A DNA stretch of 64,000 nt from Octopus sinensis (GCF_006345805.1 NC_042997.1:25172001-25236000); one strand, 5' to 3'. Counted from the first letter of the stretch, positions 1 to 12,650 are shown. Notes: generated by a model from the sequence alone, not told the origin. Translations and numbers: made by a program.

Positions 1-170
1 GACCCACTTCCCATAGCAGATTTCTTTTTATAGTGCAAGCTATTAGAAATACTGACTCAACAGATTTTATACTTTTATAATTTAGTTATATCGATAATAT
101 ATGAAAGTAAGAAATTATGCTAATATTTCGAAAAGCTTTGACATCAAACTGACAAAAGATTTAGTTAGTA

Positions 171-335
171 CGAGGGGCGTTCAATAAGTAATGCCCCTGA
201 CCCACTTCCCATAGCAGTAGAGCAACAAAACTTGGCACAGTTATTAGTCTTTTTCTACATAGGAACCACCCAGAGTTACGCATTTCTCCCATCGTTTGAT
301 GCAGCTCTGGAGACCGTTTTTGTAGAAGACACCGG
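171..335 (-). mobile_element. Mariner-like transposon 3' end (TIR plus transposase C-terminus)
   Basis: TA at 169-170 then mariner-type terminus CGAGGGGCGTTCAATAAG; minus strand translates GVFYKNGLQSCIKRWEKCVTLGGSYVEKD*, typical mariner C-terminus. Confidence 0.7.
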
Positions 336-740
336 GGAAAGTACTTAAAGGCATTTCGGCTCTTTATGTTTTGAGTTCAAATTCTGCTGTTGTCAACTTT
401 GCCCTTAATCATTTCAGGGTCGATAAAACAAGTATCATTTGAGCTCTCGGGTCTATGTAATCCACTTACTCCGCCCCCGAAATTACTGGTTTCGTGCTAA
501 AATTTGAAACCAATATTTCGAAGAATTAAGGCGGTGAGCTGGTAGAATCGTTAGCACACTGGGCAAAATGCTTAGCGGTGTTTCGTCTGTCCTTATGTTC
601 TGAGTTCAAATTCCGCCGAGGTCGACTTTGCTTTCATCCTTTCAGGGTCGATAAAATAAATACTGGCTGGGCGCTGATGTCAATGTAAGCGACTTCTCAG
701 TGGAATTGCTACTCTTGTACCAAAATTTGAAACCATGTTA
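335..740 (+). mobile_element. Two degenerate family A SINE copies
   Basis: B-box GAGTTCAAATTC and core GTCGACTTTGC-TTTCATCCTTTCAGGGTCGATAAAAT; second copy has head AAGGCGGTGAGCTGGTAGAATCGTTAGC at ~529. Confidence 0.75.
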
Positions 741-1197
741 TAAAGATCTGGAATTTATGAAAAGCTTCTGTTTTCAATAGCTTTTAATGTTCCTTCATTG
801 GATCCTGAATCTGTTTTATATTTACATATTCTGCATGTTAGATGAGTTTTCCAGGTTTTCCAAAGCGGTTGGGTTTAAAGCGCTAGAAATATGGTTCATG
901 GATGGAGTTTACTAAAGCTTGCAACGGTTGGACTATACTCAAGCTTCCCAACTGCCCGATGGTGAGTGAGTAATTTCTAGTATTGTTTGTTATGTATCAG
1001 TTTCCAAATTGGTTTCTATATTTCTTTTTCTGAAGTGTATAGTATTTTCTAGTTTGTTTACAGGAATTAATATGGCATCGTTAGGAAATTTATCGAATAT
1101 ATCGTATCTTACATGATGTCTGACTGGGGAATTATAGATCATCTCTGACTTTTGGTCAAAAACATATTTAAATATTTGAAAGGGCCAATTCTCATAC

Positions 1198-1247
<50 letters not shown>

Positions 1248-2035
1248 ACACACATATACATACATCAACACTTACACATACATATATGCATACATACAGC
1301 AACAAAGAGGCGGCTACGTAAATAAATAAAATTCCTCACATGAGAACTTTTAACAAATTTATCTTTGTTTGTATACATACACACGCATGCACATACACAC
1401 ACACCTGTCCGTTCTGTCCGTCTGTTTTTCTGACTGTCTGTGTGTATGTATATATGTGTGTGTGAGTGTATGAATGTTTGTATAAATATGTGTGTATATA
1501 CATAAATCCACACATATAAACAGTGTATCAGTGTGCTTTGTGTGTATAGTGAAGCTGCTATTCTATTATACATAACTACTGACCAAATTATTCAAGCAGA
1601 ACAGAATGTTGCTTCCAACTCATTCACTCTTCACCTCATTTTATTTCGCATTCTTTTTCATTCTCCTCCTCTCTCTGTCTGTCTGTCTGTCTCTCTCTTT
1701 CTCTCTCTCCCTTATCTTTCTTTCCACTCTTCTCTTTATTTCTCTTCATCCGTGTTCCAGAGTTTTCTAAATAAGTGACAATGGCAAGATCGATTGATTC
1801 TGATGAAATGTGTTGATGCTATAGTTATTATCTTTCTATTGATCTGTGTCTGATCGGTGAATCAACCTCGGAAACCAGTCACACAATAAAATTAGCCAAA
1901 GCTGCTTAATAATAAAAGATGAGCCTCTAGTCTTGCTTCTGGTTGTGTTTTTCTTTTCATTCTTTTTATTTTTTTGTTGTTGTTTTGTCATCTGTGCTGT
2001 TAATATAGATTTTAGGTTTTCGCTTTGACTGTCAT

Positions 2036-2038
2036 TGC

Positions 2039-2070
<32 letters not shown>

Positions 2071-2360
2071 CATCCTCCTCCTCCTCCTCCTCATCATCAT
2101 CAATATCATCATCATCATCATCATCATCAACATCATCATCATCATTATCATCAACATCCGCCTCCTCCTCCTCATCATCATCATCATCATCATCAACATC
2201 ATCATCATCATTATCATCAACATCCGCCTCCTCCTCCTCATCATCATCACCATCATCATCACCTTCAACATCATCATCATCATCATCCTCATCCTCATCA
2301 CCATCCTCCTCCTCATCATCATCCCCATCATCATCATCATCATCATCATCTGCATTATTA
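2036..2360. repeat. Compound (TTA)n/(TCC)n/(TCA)n triplet microsatellite
   Basis: Direct reading; explains the poly-S, poly-H and poly-M ORFs here. Confidence 0.95.
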
Positions 2361-2760
2361 AGGTACTGGTAGAATTGTTAGCGCGTCATTTCTTCCGGCT
2401 CTTTACGTTCTGAGCACAAATGGCACCACGGTGGAGATTTTTTGCCTTTCATCCTTTCGGGGTCGATGAAATAAGTACCAAGCAAGTACGGGGGTTGATG
2501 TAATCGATGTCCACTTCCCCTCGAAAATGCTGACCCTGTGCCAGAATTTTGAAGAATTCAAAGGCGATGAGGTGGTAGAATATTAGCACATCAGAGAATA
2601 TGCTTAGCAGCATTTCGTCTGCATTTACGTTCTGATTTCATATTCCGCCAAGGTCAACTTTGCCGTTCGTTCTTTCGGGATCGATAAAATAAGTACCAAG
2701 CAAGTACTGAGGCCGATGTAATCGACTAGCTTAATTACCCACAATTTGATACCTATCATA
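2360..2760 (+). mobile_element. Two degenerate family A SINE copies
   Basis: Diverged head, B-box and CCTTTCATCCTTTCGGGGTCGAT core at ~2445 and ~2660. Confidence 0.7.
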
Positions 2761-2778
2761 GAAAGAATTATAATTATT

Positions 2779-3173
2779 CCTTTCTACTCTAGGCACAAGG
2801 CCCGATATTTTGGAGGACAGGCCAGTCGATTAGATCGACCTCAGTACGCAACTGGTACTTATTTATCGGCTCCAAAAGAATGAAAGTCAAAGTCGATCTC
2901 GGCGAAATTTGAACTCAGATCGTAAAGACAGGCGAAATACCTATTTCTTTACTACCCACAAGGGGCTAAACACAGAGGGGACAAACAAGGACAGACAGAC
3001 GAATAAAGTCGATCATATCGACCCAGTGCGTAACTGGTACTTAATTTATCGACCCCGAAAGAATGAAAGGCAAAGTCGACCTCGGCGGAATTTGAACCCA
3101 GAACGTAGCGGCAGACGAAATACCGCTAAGCATTTCACCCGGCGTGCTAACGTTTCTGCCAGCTCGCTGTCTT
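2779..3173 (-). mobile_element. Family A SINE dimer
   Basis: Head at right end, internal junction CCTATTTCTTT at ~2940; flanked by near-identical GAAAGAATTA(T)AATTATT at 2761-2778 and 3174-3190 (TSD). Confidence 0.9.
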
Positions 3174-4819
3174 GAAAGAATTAAATTATTGTCGTTATTA
3201 GGGTGGCGAGTTAGTCGAACCATTTGCATGCCGGAGAATATGCTTGCAAAATTTCGTCCGCCTTTACGTTCTGAGTTTAAATTCCGCTGAAGTTGAGATT
3301 GCCTTTCATTGTTCGGGTTCGATAAAATAATTGTCAGTAAAACGAGTGGCCTTACGCCAAAATGCGAAATCCTTATTGTCATTGCTCTTATAATTTTCAT
3401 CTTATAATTTTCAGATGCATCCAAGTCTTCTTTCGGTGTGTGAAGCTTTGTCTGTTAAGAATGTACAAATATATCTTTATATTAGACTGTTATTATATTT
3501 TTGCGTGATATTTCTTGTGTGCGAAGTTTGTCATTTTTAGACAGCATTTATATTTGTTAATTATTATGAGATTAGTGCTATTTGTAGGGTGGTTACTGAA
3601 TCAGATACGTGTTTGGTAGAGAAAGTTTACTGTTTGAATTCTACTATTAAATTTAATGTTTGCTACATAAAATATTGGCTGTTCCTAGCAGCATTTTCGT
3701 ACAGATCGTTTATTGAGCTAGATTCTGGTTTGTGCTTGACTTAAATAACAATTTGCTAAACATTCTTTACATGGGTAGAAGAATATAGTGGGTATTCGTT
3801 AACAAAATAGAGCGACAGTTCTGCAAAATTTGTCTTAATTTTCTGGATGCCAACAGAATAGCAAGATGTAGAACCAAGCGTCATAGATATATAAATTTGT
3901 AAAATAATCATAAACATGTTTTTTTTTAATCGTAAAGTCACAGGTTTCTAGCGTGTGTGTAATCGTTAACTGAAGGGAATAAAATATATACAAGGCTGAT
4001 TAGCAAATCTTAATTTGTTTAGTTAAAAATATCAGTGCAACCCGATCACACGGAACCTAAATGAAACTCCAGTGCAGCATATTGGGACCGTTTCATTCAT
4101 TTTTATAGAGTTGGTTTCCGTGAATATTTGTATCATAATCGATTTTTTGAAAAAAACGCCCATTTGATAACTTGTCATTGTAAAATCGTTTCAGCCATCG
4201 CTGCTGTGTGCAACAGAGAAATTATTGAGTCCAAATTCTATTGGGGGTTAACTTTATCTTTTATCTTTACGGAATCAGTGAAACAAAGCCTAAGTACTAG
4301 GGTCGATGGTTTCGAGTAATCCACTCGCACACAATTGCTGACCTAAACTTTAATAAGAAAGGACTTTGATTTGATGGGCGGTGGATTGACAGGATTGTTA
4401 GCGCATTATGAATATCACATCACGGTAATTCATTTCGACATTTTATGCAAAGTTTTCAAATACTGCAGAGATGAAATTTATTTTAAATTTCTTCAGGTAT
4501 TCTAAAATATAGTACCAATGAAGTATTGTCGTCGATTCAATTGACATACCACTTCTAAAATACAAGGACTTGCCACTACGTTAGAAATGATTATCAGTTA
4601 TAAATGGTTGAACCATTGGATAAAATGAGACACAATATCTTCCAGTACATAGTTCTTGCTCTTTACGATCAGGCTTCGCATAACATCAAGACCATCTTAG
4701 CATTTCATCCCTTCTAAATCAATAATGAGCCAACCGAATACTGATGTCAATGGTATTGACTAACTCGCTTCCCTTATAATTGTTATAGTTGAGGCTACAT
4801 CAGAAACCATTATTTTTTA

Positions 4820-5395
4820 GTGGCATTTCCTCCGGGTTATAAGTTCTGAGTTCAAATTCAGTTGAGGTCGACTTGCCTTTCATCATTTCATGGTTGATAA
4901 AATCTGAAGCACTCCGTCGGCTACGACGATGAGGGTTCCGGTTGATCCGAATCAACGGAACAGCCTGCTCGTGATATTAACGTGTAAGTGGCTGAGCACT
5001 CCACAGACCACGTGCACCCTTAACGTAGTTCACGGGGATATTCAGCGTGACACAGAGAGTGACAAGGCCGCCCTTTGAAATACAGGTACAACAGAAACAG
5101 GAAGTAAGAATGAGAGAAAGTTGTGGTGAAAGAGTACAGTAGGGATCACCACCATCCCTGTCGGAGCCTCGTGGAGCTTTAAGGTGTTTTCGCTCAATAA
5201 ACACTCACAACGCCCGGTCTGGGAATCGAAACCGCGATCCTATGACCGCGAGTCCGCTGCCCTAACCACTGGGCCATTGCGCCTCCACAGTTGATAAAAT
5301 AAGTATCAGTTGAGCACGGAAGCGATATATATGACTAACAACTCCAGCCATAACTACAGAGTTAGGCTCAAATTTGAAATCACTTATTATTGTTG
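4820..5395 (+). mobile_element. Old family A SINE interrupted by a family C SINE
   Basis: A core stops at 4903 and resumes at 5290 with duplicated GTTGATAAAAT. Confidence 0.75.
4904..5289 (-). mobile_element. Family C tRNA-derived SINE
   Basis: Minus-strand head GGAGGCGCAATGGCCCAGTGGTTAGGGCAGCGGACTCGCGG...GGTTTCGATTCCC (A and B boxes); 11-bp TSD GTTGATAAAAT at 4893-4903 and 5290-5300. Confidence 0.92.
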
Positions 5396-5743
5396 TTTTT
5401 GTTGCTTTTGTTGATGGTGTGATATTATTTAAGGTGTTGTTGATTGTGACATCACTGATATTAGACGCGTTTCTGCACTGAGTAACCCCATAATTTTTTT
5501 TATCATATCTTCCTTCACAAATGCCTAACGTAATTTTTTGCTCGTCTCTTCTTTCTTATACAATTCTCTTCTCGTTTTTCTCAGCCATCACTTCGCTCTT
5601 GATTATGTTTCGTTTCTCTTCTCCCTCTCCCTCACTTCTATTTTCCCCTCCCTACTGCTTATCTTTCTTTCATGTCATTTCGCCATATACATACACACAT
5701 ACATACATACATACATACATACATACATACATACATACATACA

Positions 5744-5779
<36 letters not shown>

Positions 5780-5845
5780 TATAAATATATAATATAATAT
5801 AATATATAAATATATAATATAATATAATATAGTGTATATATATTA

Positions 5846-6007
5846 TTGTGTATGGGGTGAGTCATTCTCTTTTAGTGCCTTATTAATTTAACACCCTCAC
5901 CGATCCGATTTCCACTCATTTAGTTATTTATACTAAAAATAAACAAATAAGAAAATGAGTAGAAATCGGATAAGGCACTAAAAGAGAATGACTCTCCCCA
6001 GACACGA
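5846..6007. mobile_element. MITE with long terminal inverted repeats, TA-flanked
   Basis: GGGGTGAGTCATTCTCTTTTAGTGCCTTA (5854-5882) is inverse to TAAGGCACTAAAAGAGAATGACTCTCCCC (5971-5999); inner TCCGATTTCCACTCATTT pairs with AAATGAGTAGAAATCGGA; TA at 5844-45 and 6008-09. Confidence 0.8.
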
Positions 6008-6101
6008 TAAAATATGCTTCAACACACGAATTCATATAAATAATCTTGCAAGCCAAATACAAAAACGAAATACTCACACACACACACGCACACACACACA
6101 C

Positions 6102-6135
<34 letters not shown>

Positions 6136-6646
6136 TAACGCACACACATATATTTGTATGTGTGTGTGTGCGTGCGTGTATATGTATATGCATTAAGTTC
6201 ACCATTGACTGTCTCATTCATTCAACTACACCCTCTACTATTCCTCTGTTACACCCTATTGCAACCATATCATCTCTACGTTTTACTATTTCTATTTCGA
6301 TTTCGCTTATACAACGGCCAGCAATTTCTTTACAATGTTCCGGATTGTCTTTTCCTCTCGCTTCCGCTGTTATCTCTTGGTCACTATTGCAGTTATTTTT
6401 CAATAGAGCATTGTTTCAAATATCGCAGTATCACAAAACATAATTCAGAATTCATGATAATTTCTTTTGAAAATTTCCCCCCACACTCCCTTGCACAACT
6501 GTATTCTTTATATACACACTTTCGTTATGGTTCCCATCTCGGCATTTTTCTACATGTATCTTTGTTTTTGATTTGTTGTTTTAATGCGTCCTTTTTTACA
6601 TGTCAAAATGCTACCGTTTATAATAAGATCCTCTTAAAATATGTTA

Positions 6647-6811
6647 TAGGCGCAGGAGTGGCTGCGTGGTAAGTAGCTTGCTTACCAACCACATGGTTCC
6701 AGGTTCAGTCCCATTGCGTGGCAACTTGAGCAAGTGTCTTCTACAATAGCCGCGGGCCGACCAAAGCCTTGTAAGTGGATTTGGTAGACGGAAACTGAAA
6801 GAAGCTTGTCG

Positions 6812-6843
<32 letters not shown>

Positions 6844-7052
6844 TATATATGAATATATATATCTGTGTGTGTTTGTATTTCTGTGTTTGTCCCCCCAATA
6901 TCGCTTAACAACCGATGCTGGTGTTTACCTCCTCGTAACTTAGCGGTTCGGCAAAATAGACCGATAGAATAAGTCCTGGGGTCGATTTGCTCGATTAAAG
7001 GCGGTGCTCCAGCATGTCCGCAGTCAAACGACTGAAAAAAGTAAAAGAGTAA
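6647..7052 (+). mobile_element. Family B tRNA-derived SINE with internal (TA)n
   Basis: Head GGCGCAGGAGTGGCTG-GTGGTAAG...GGTTCAGTCCC, CORE-like CTTGAGCAAGTGTCTT, internal microsatellite, tail GGCGGTGCTCCAGCATG...GACTGAAA..GTAAAAGAG. Confidence 0.92.
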
Positions 7053-7146
7053 GGATTATTTGTCGTGTTTCTTCGATCCTTAGAATAGTCGTGTTTCTTT
7101 GGCTATTTCTTATTGTCATCTACGAACTAATGCACATGTCTGTGTG

Positions 7147-7194
<48 letters not shown>

Positions 7195-7589
7195 TGTGTG
7201 TGTTTGTCGCACGCGTGTATGTGTGTATGTTAGATAGTGAACATTCAATGCTGAAAAGAAAAATCAAACATCGTTTCAACTCTGTGTGAGTATATGTGTG
7301 TATGTATGTGCATGTACAAGGGAAGTATGTGAATTCTTGTATCTGTGATTATTTTGTACCTTATTCATATATAAAATACAACAATCAGCCTTCATTTTTG
7401 ACGGCACATGGTCAGTTAGTATAATTATATATTAATACGTCGCAATATTGTACTGCATTCTATAATGTCAATTATGTCGATTTTAGAAAATTGTTGCTTT
7501 TGTTGTTTTAACAATATTATGGATATTTATGTTTGAATTAAGTATTTCAGGCTATTAGGTGTCTGAAAGCTTAGAGTTAATACGACAGA

Positions 7590-7611
7590 TGATAATAATA
7601 ATAACAATAGC

Positions 7612-7652
<41 letters not shown>

Positions 7653-7875
7653 CGATGACGATGACGATGATGATGATGTCGATGATGAAGATGTGAAGAA
7701 GGAGGAGAAGAAGAGAAGGAGGAGAAGAAGAGGAGGAGGAGGAGAAGAGAAGAAGAAGAAGAGAAGAGAGAAGAAGAAGAAGAAGAAGAAGAAGAAGAAG
7801 AAAAGAAGAAGAAGAAAAAAGAAGAAGAAGAAGAAGAAAGAAGAAGAAGAAGAAGAAGAAGAAGAAGAAGCATGA
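7590..7875. repeat. Compound (GAT)n/(GAC)n/(GAA)n microsatellite
   Basis: Direct reading. Confidence 0.95.
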
Positions 7876-7899
7876 TAATCGACATAGTATGTCTCAGTG

Positions 7900-8180
7900 A
7901 CAACATGATCAAAAAGAAAGGAGAAAATCTGAACAGCTATGACAATTTGAAATGGGAAATACAAAGGTCGTTGACAACGAGGAGAGAAGATGTGATGGCA
8001 ACAGTAACTGGTGCACTTGGAAGTATGATTACTTAACCAACAATATGCCTGAAAAAGACTGGTACGAATGTAAAGGTAGACACCTACAAAAAATCTGCAT
8101 TGCTTGGAACTGCAAAAATTATCTTGCAAGGTTCGTTAAAAAGGGTCGGTAAACATGTGACACTTTAGTCGGTTGGCTGT
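7900..8180 (+). mobile_element. R4/Dong-like LINE 3' remnant (RLE C-terminus)
   Basis: Reads with stops/frameshifts as KKKGENLNSYDNLKWEIQR...VTGALGS...KKSALLGTAKI, matching the K-x-x-KY-x-x-L...GALG...LLGTA tail of R4-clade ORFs. Confidence 0.7.
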
Positions 8181-8184
8181 GGGC

Positions 8185-8723
8185 GTACCAGGCAATGGCT
8201 CCCATGGCTTCCTATCTTAACTTATTGGAAGTCTTATCATGTACATTGTTTTGTCTTGTTATAAAAGATGGGCTACAGCAAATATTCTGCTCAATACCAC
8301 AGATTTGCTTATCAGTTGTTTGACCTCAACCAGTTGAGCATTTTTTTAGTGGTTGACGATATGTGCATCTCCATTTACGAGCAGAAGTAGAGGAAGAGCA
8401 TCATAGCCATGTGTTGAGAGGAATTCTTTGAGATTTGGATAATTCACCTTTGGAAACATGGGTGTCTTGTTCAACATCCTCAAACACTCCTTATTTGGGT
8501 ATCTTTTGAGTGGGATGGGCCACTCAACCTAAAGAAAATTCTAACTAGGCCGCACCTGCAAGGTCATTCGCTGTTTATCTTGATATGAAATCACCATGTC
8601 GCGCACATATGGTTGTGACGCATGTGCCTAGTGTCAGACTGGTAATCATGATGGGTATACTGGGCTTCGTATATTTTACTCCAGTGTCAGTTTGACGGCA
8701 GGCACTACTCTCTCACTCAATAA
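8185..8723 (+). mobile_element. Non-coding (AAT)n-embedded repeat element, near full length
   Basis: Ends ...CTCTCTCACTCAATAAT; its 3' part recurs at 11790-11900 (-), 43083-43260 (-), 56955-57120 (+) and its 5' part at 8778-8925 (-). Confidence 0.8.
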
Positions 8724-8777
8724 TGAGGAGGAGGAGGAGGAGGAGGTGGAAGAGGAGGAGGACGAGGATGACGACGA

Positions 8778-8925
8778 CTGGTTAAGGTCAAACAACTGAC
8801 AAGCAAATCTGTGGTATTGAGCAGAATATCTTTCATACCAAGACAAAACAATGTAGATGATAACACTTTCAACCAGTTAAGATCAGAAGCCATGGGAGCC
8901 ACTGCCTTGTACTGCATCAGGGCAA
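8778..8925 (-). mobile_element. 5' fragment of the same non-coding element, inverted
   Basis: Reverse complement aligns with 8185-8335 (GGTCAAACAACTGA-AAGCAAATCTGTGGTATTGAGCAGAATAT etc.); abuts (TTA)n at 8925. Confidence 0.8.
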
Positions 8926-8939
8926 TTATTATTGTGTTG

Positions 8940-9000
<61 letters not shown>

Positions 9001-9101
9001 CATCATCATCATCATCATCATTATAAAGAATCCATACAAGTACTAGCGACTGATGTAAGAATAATGGGAGATATGAAAGCAAAAAATAACAAAAAACATG
9101 A

Positions 9102-9537
<436 letters not shown>

Positions 9538-9599
9538 TTATATCTCAACATACAACTCATAAATTAAACCTACTATGGGCAGCCTATATCGCAAAGCAC

Positions 9600-11030
9600 T
9601 TTCAACTTACCTAATTATTTTTGTGCCTTCGTTACGTCTTCGGGTAATTCGTGGCTTGTGAGACGTATAATTTTGTGTATTAACCAATAGTTTTCGAAGA
9701 ACGGTGAATGTTTGCTTATCTTCGAACTCTTCATTGTCTCCATCACTTTCCTGCGGTTGAATTTTGTTGTCGCTTGAAATAAGTTGTCAATCACTCCATA
9801 TATCCATCGATTTGTCTTGAATTTTCTTTTTCTGTTCCTTCCTCGCTTCTCCGTACGTATTTTCTTCAAAATATTGGAAATTTTCATCTGTAATTATTTT
9901 CTCGCATAACACGTGAAGATGGGGAACTGCAGACTGTTACTGATAGGGCGAAAGATATTTGCTCATCTATCTCTAATTATGTGTCTAAAGTTTTTTTATT
10001 TTCCATTAATAGAGGTTTATCTGGTGTTACTGTAAATACTGGGGGGGGGGTTGTTCTTTCTCTTGTTCCTGTTGATTTTCATTATTTTCGTTCCTATTCT
10101 TCAAGCTTATTTTCTAGTTATTCAGAGCATTAAAATCTGATGTGTTTTTACTCCGACAAACGTCGCAGCTAGCCTTTCTAGCCTGAATTATTTATTTCAA
10201 GGATTCAGCGGGTTCTAATATGCACAATCTTGGTAGAGCTCCGTAGCCTTCGATTGTCATTGAAATTGAAATTGGTAAATGCATTGTGAACCCCTTTGAT
10301 CAGAGGTTACCTTTCTGGAAGCCTGCATTAACTCCTCTCTCATATTGAACACAACAGTAACCACTGGATATGAACATCAAACAGCCCCAAACCGGTCACT
10401 TCATATCGATCGGATAGTATAGTTTCAAACTCCAAATGAAGAACGTTTGCATTACTTTGCTGATATCGACAAAAGTCATCATATATTTCCCCATTCCTTC
10501 AAAACATAACATCAGCAAGTGAATCACTCCAGGATCTTCTGCCAAGCCAGAAATTGCTAAAAACAAAATCTTCATATAATATAACCTACTTTCTTAATTT
10601 AAAAAGAACCTTCAGAAAATACATTGACTAAAAATAACGACAGATTGTCACGACTACAACGAACTTAAGCATAAGTTTAATGGCGACCGGGGATATTAAT
10701 AATACGACAACCATAATAATGAAAATACAAATCTACGATCCACGACTCTAGTGTCGAATGACATCGAAAAATATATTTCGAGTTCAGGTCATGTAATCTT
10801 ACGTCTTCTACTCTTGTATTCTTCTGTGAGGTTTGAACGTGACGCTATATGAACTCACCAACAATATACAAATGTATTATGTTTCATAAAAAAATATGTG
10901 AGTCCAATAAATAATCCTCCTCTTATAATCCCATTGTCAAATATGAATGCTTCTTCAGGTATTCAATGAGCCATTCTTCTCTTACATCACCTAACACGAC
11001 TTTTTATAAGCGTATTCGTTCTAGGAAACT
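9600..11030 (-). mobile_element. Heavily decayed Penelope-like element (RT C-terminus/GIY-YIG remnant)
   Basis: Minus-strand fragments FTNFNFNDNRRLRSSTKIVH and LCILEPAESLK*IIQARKASCDVCRSK resemble the C-terminal part of Penelope-type GIY-YIG domains; many stops; boundaries approximate. Confidence 0.45.
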
Positions 11031-11118
11031 GTAAAAAAACAAGAAGCTAGCGAAATAAAGGAATATAAATACATATATACACAAGCGCACGCACGTAGAC
11101 ACACGCATATATATGTAC

Positions 11119-11183
<65 letters not shown>

Positions 11184-11789
11184 TCATGTGTGTATGTATG
11201 TATGTATATATATATATATATATTATATATATATATATATATATCTATATATATATATGTATTACATATACATATATATATAGTCATGTGTGTATGTATA
11301 TATATGCACACTAGAAGATATACACGCGCATATACACATACAGAAACAGACAGTTTCAGACATCAATAAATAGCACATAAACCGTAGATAAGTATAGATC
11401 AACTTTACAGATGGAGAAAGCGCAGGAGTGCATTTTAGGGGGATACGGGGGAATAATGGACGGAGGCAGAGGTATTGAACTAATAAAGGTTTCTTCAAAG
11501 TGTCAAGCTGATGTTGCTGATGAAAATAGGTATTGTTTAGAAGAACAATAGCCACAACTCTGTTATTTTGTTGGTATATAAAAAAAAATTTTGTTTGTCT
11601 CTCTCACCAAAGAAATCTTCCTCATTATCATCATTATCACCATCATTACCGTCACCAAGCAGTAGCGTGCCGTCTTCTCTTCTTTATCTTTCTGTTCATC
11701 ATCATCATCACCATGGTCGTTGTAATCGTGATTGTTATCATAGTCGTTATTATTATTATTATTATTATTATATTATTATTATTATTATT

Positions 11790-11900
11790 ATTGAGTGAGA
11801 GAGCAGTTCATGCCATCAAAGTGACACTGGGGTAAAATATACGAAGCCCAATATACCCATCATGACTACCCGTCTGATAAAGGTACACTAGGCACATGCA
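11790..11900 (-). mobile_element. 3' fragment of the non-coding (AAT)n-embedded element
   Basis: TTGAGTGAGAGAGCAGTTCATGCCATCAAAGTGACACTGGGGTAAAATATACGAAGCCC between two (ATT)n tracts. Confidence 0.85.
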
Positions 11901-11920
11901 TATTATTATTATTATTATCA

Positions 11921-11997
<77 letters not shown>

Positions 11998-12482
11998 GTT
12001 ATTAATCTGTTATGGTTATACTTACTTTAACGAAGCTTTTCTGAAGCTGTAAAGTAAATGAGATCCGGTTACATAATATATAAAACATATATATGTTTTT
12101 TGCTTCATGCAGACTATGGATACACTCTAAGGTCCTCGATTGCTAAAATTTAATGAAAGAATTCTTCCAAATAGTTGTATTACAATTGTTAGGCGACTGG
12201 AGAAATACTGAAAATTATTTTAGCAAAATTCGCATAAATTCTGAGAAGCATCGCACCGAGAACGCTTTTGCAGTGACTTCCGTAATGACAAGTTATACGA
12301 AGACAATCATTTAAATACTAATACCGTAAAAAGAGAAGGTAATATAACTAATAAAAATGGTAACATCACACAGTCTTGTAAACGACGTAACTCACTGCTG
12401 GAATCATCTTAGATGTATTAAATAAGTTGAGAACAAAAGAACGTGAAAAATATCTGAAGAAAACAACAAAATGATGATGATG

Positions 12483-12522
<40 letters not shown>

Positions 12523-12650
12523 TGATGATGATGATAAAAATGCTACTACTCTACTACTACTACTACTACTACTACTACTAATAATAATAATAATAATAAT
12601 GATTATAATAATAATAATAATATTAATAATATTAATAATACTAATAATAA

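Noticed and set aside
1-19. GACCCACTTCCCATAGCAG repeated at 199-217
   Set aside because: Probably part of another mariner terminus cut by the window edge; too little sequence to call.
3405-3520. Possible acceptor TTTTCAG followed by MHPSLLSVCEALSVK...
   Set aside because: No donor or homology; such acceptors are common by chance in AT-rich DNA.
8880-8925. HDV-like ribozyme at the 5' end of the non-coding AAT element
   Set aside because: P2/P3-like pairings can be drawn but P1 and P1.1 do not form cleanly by eye; left as a suggested computational test only.
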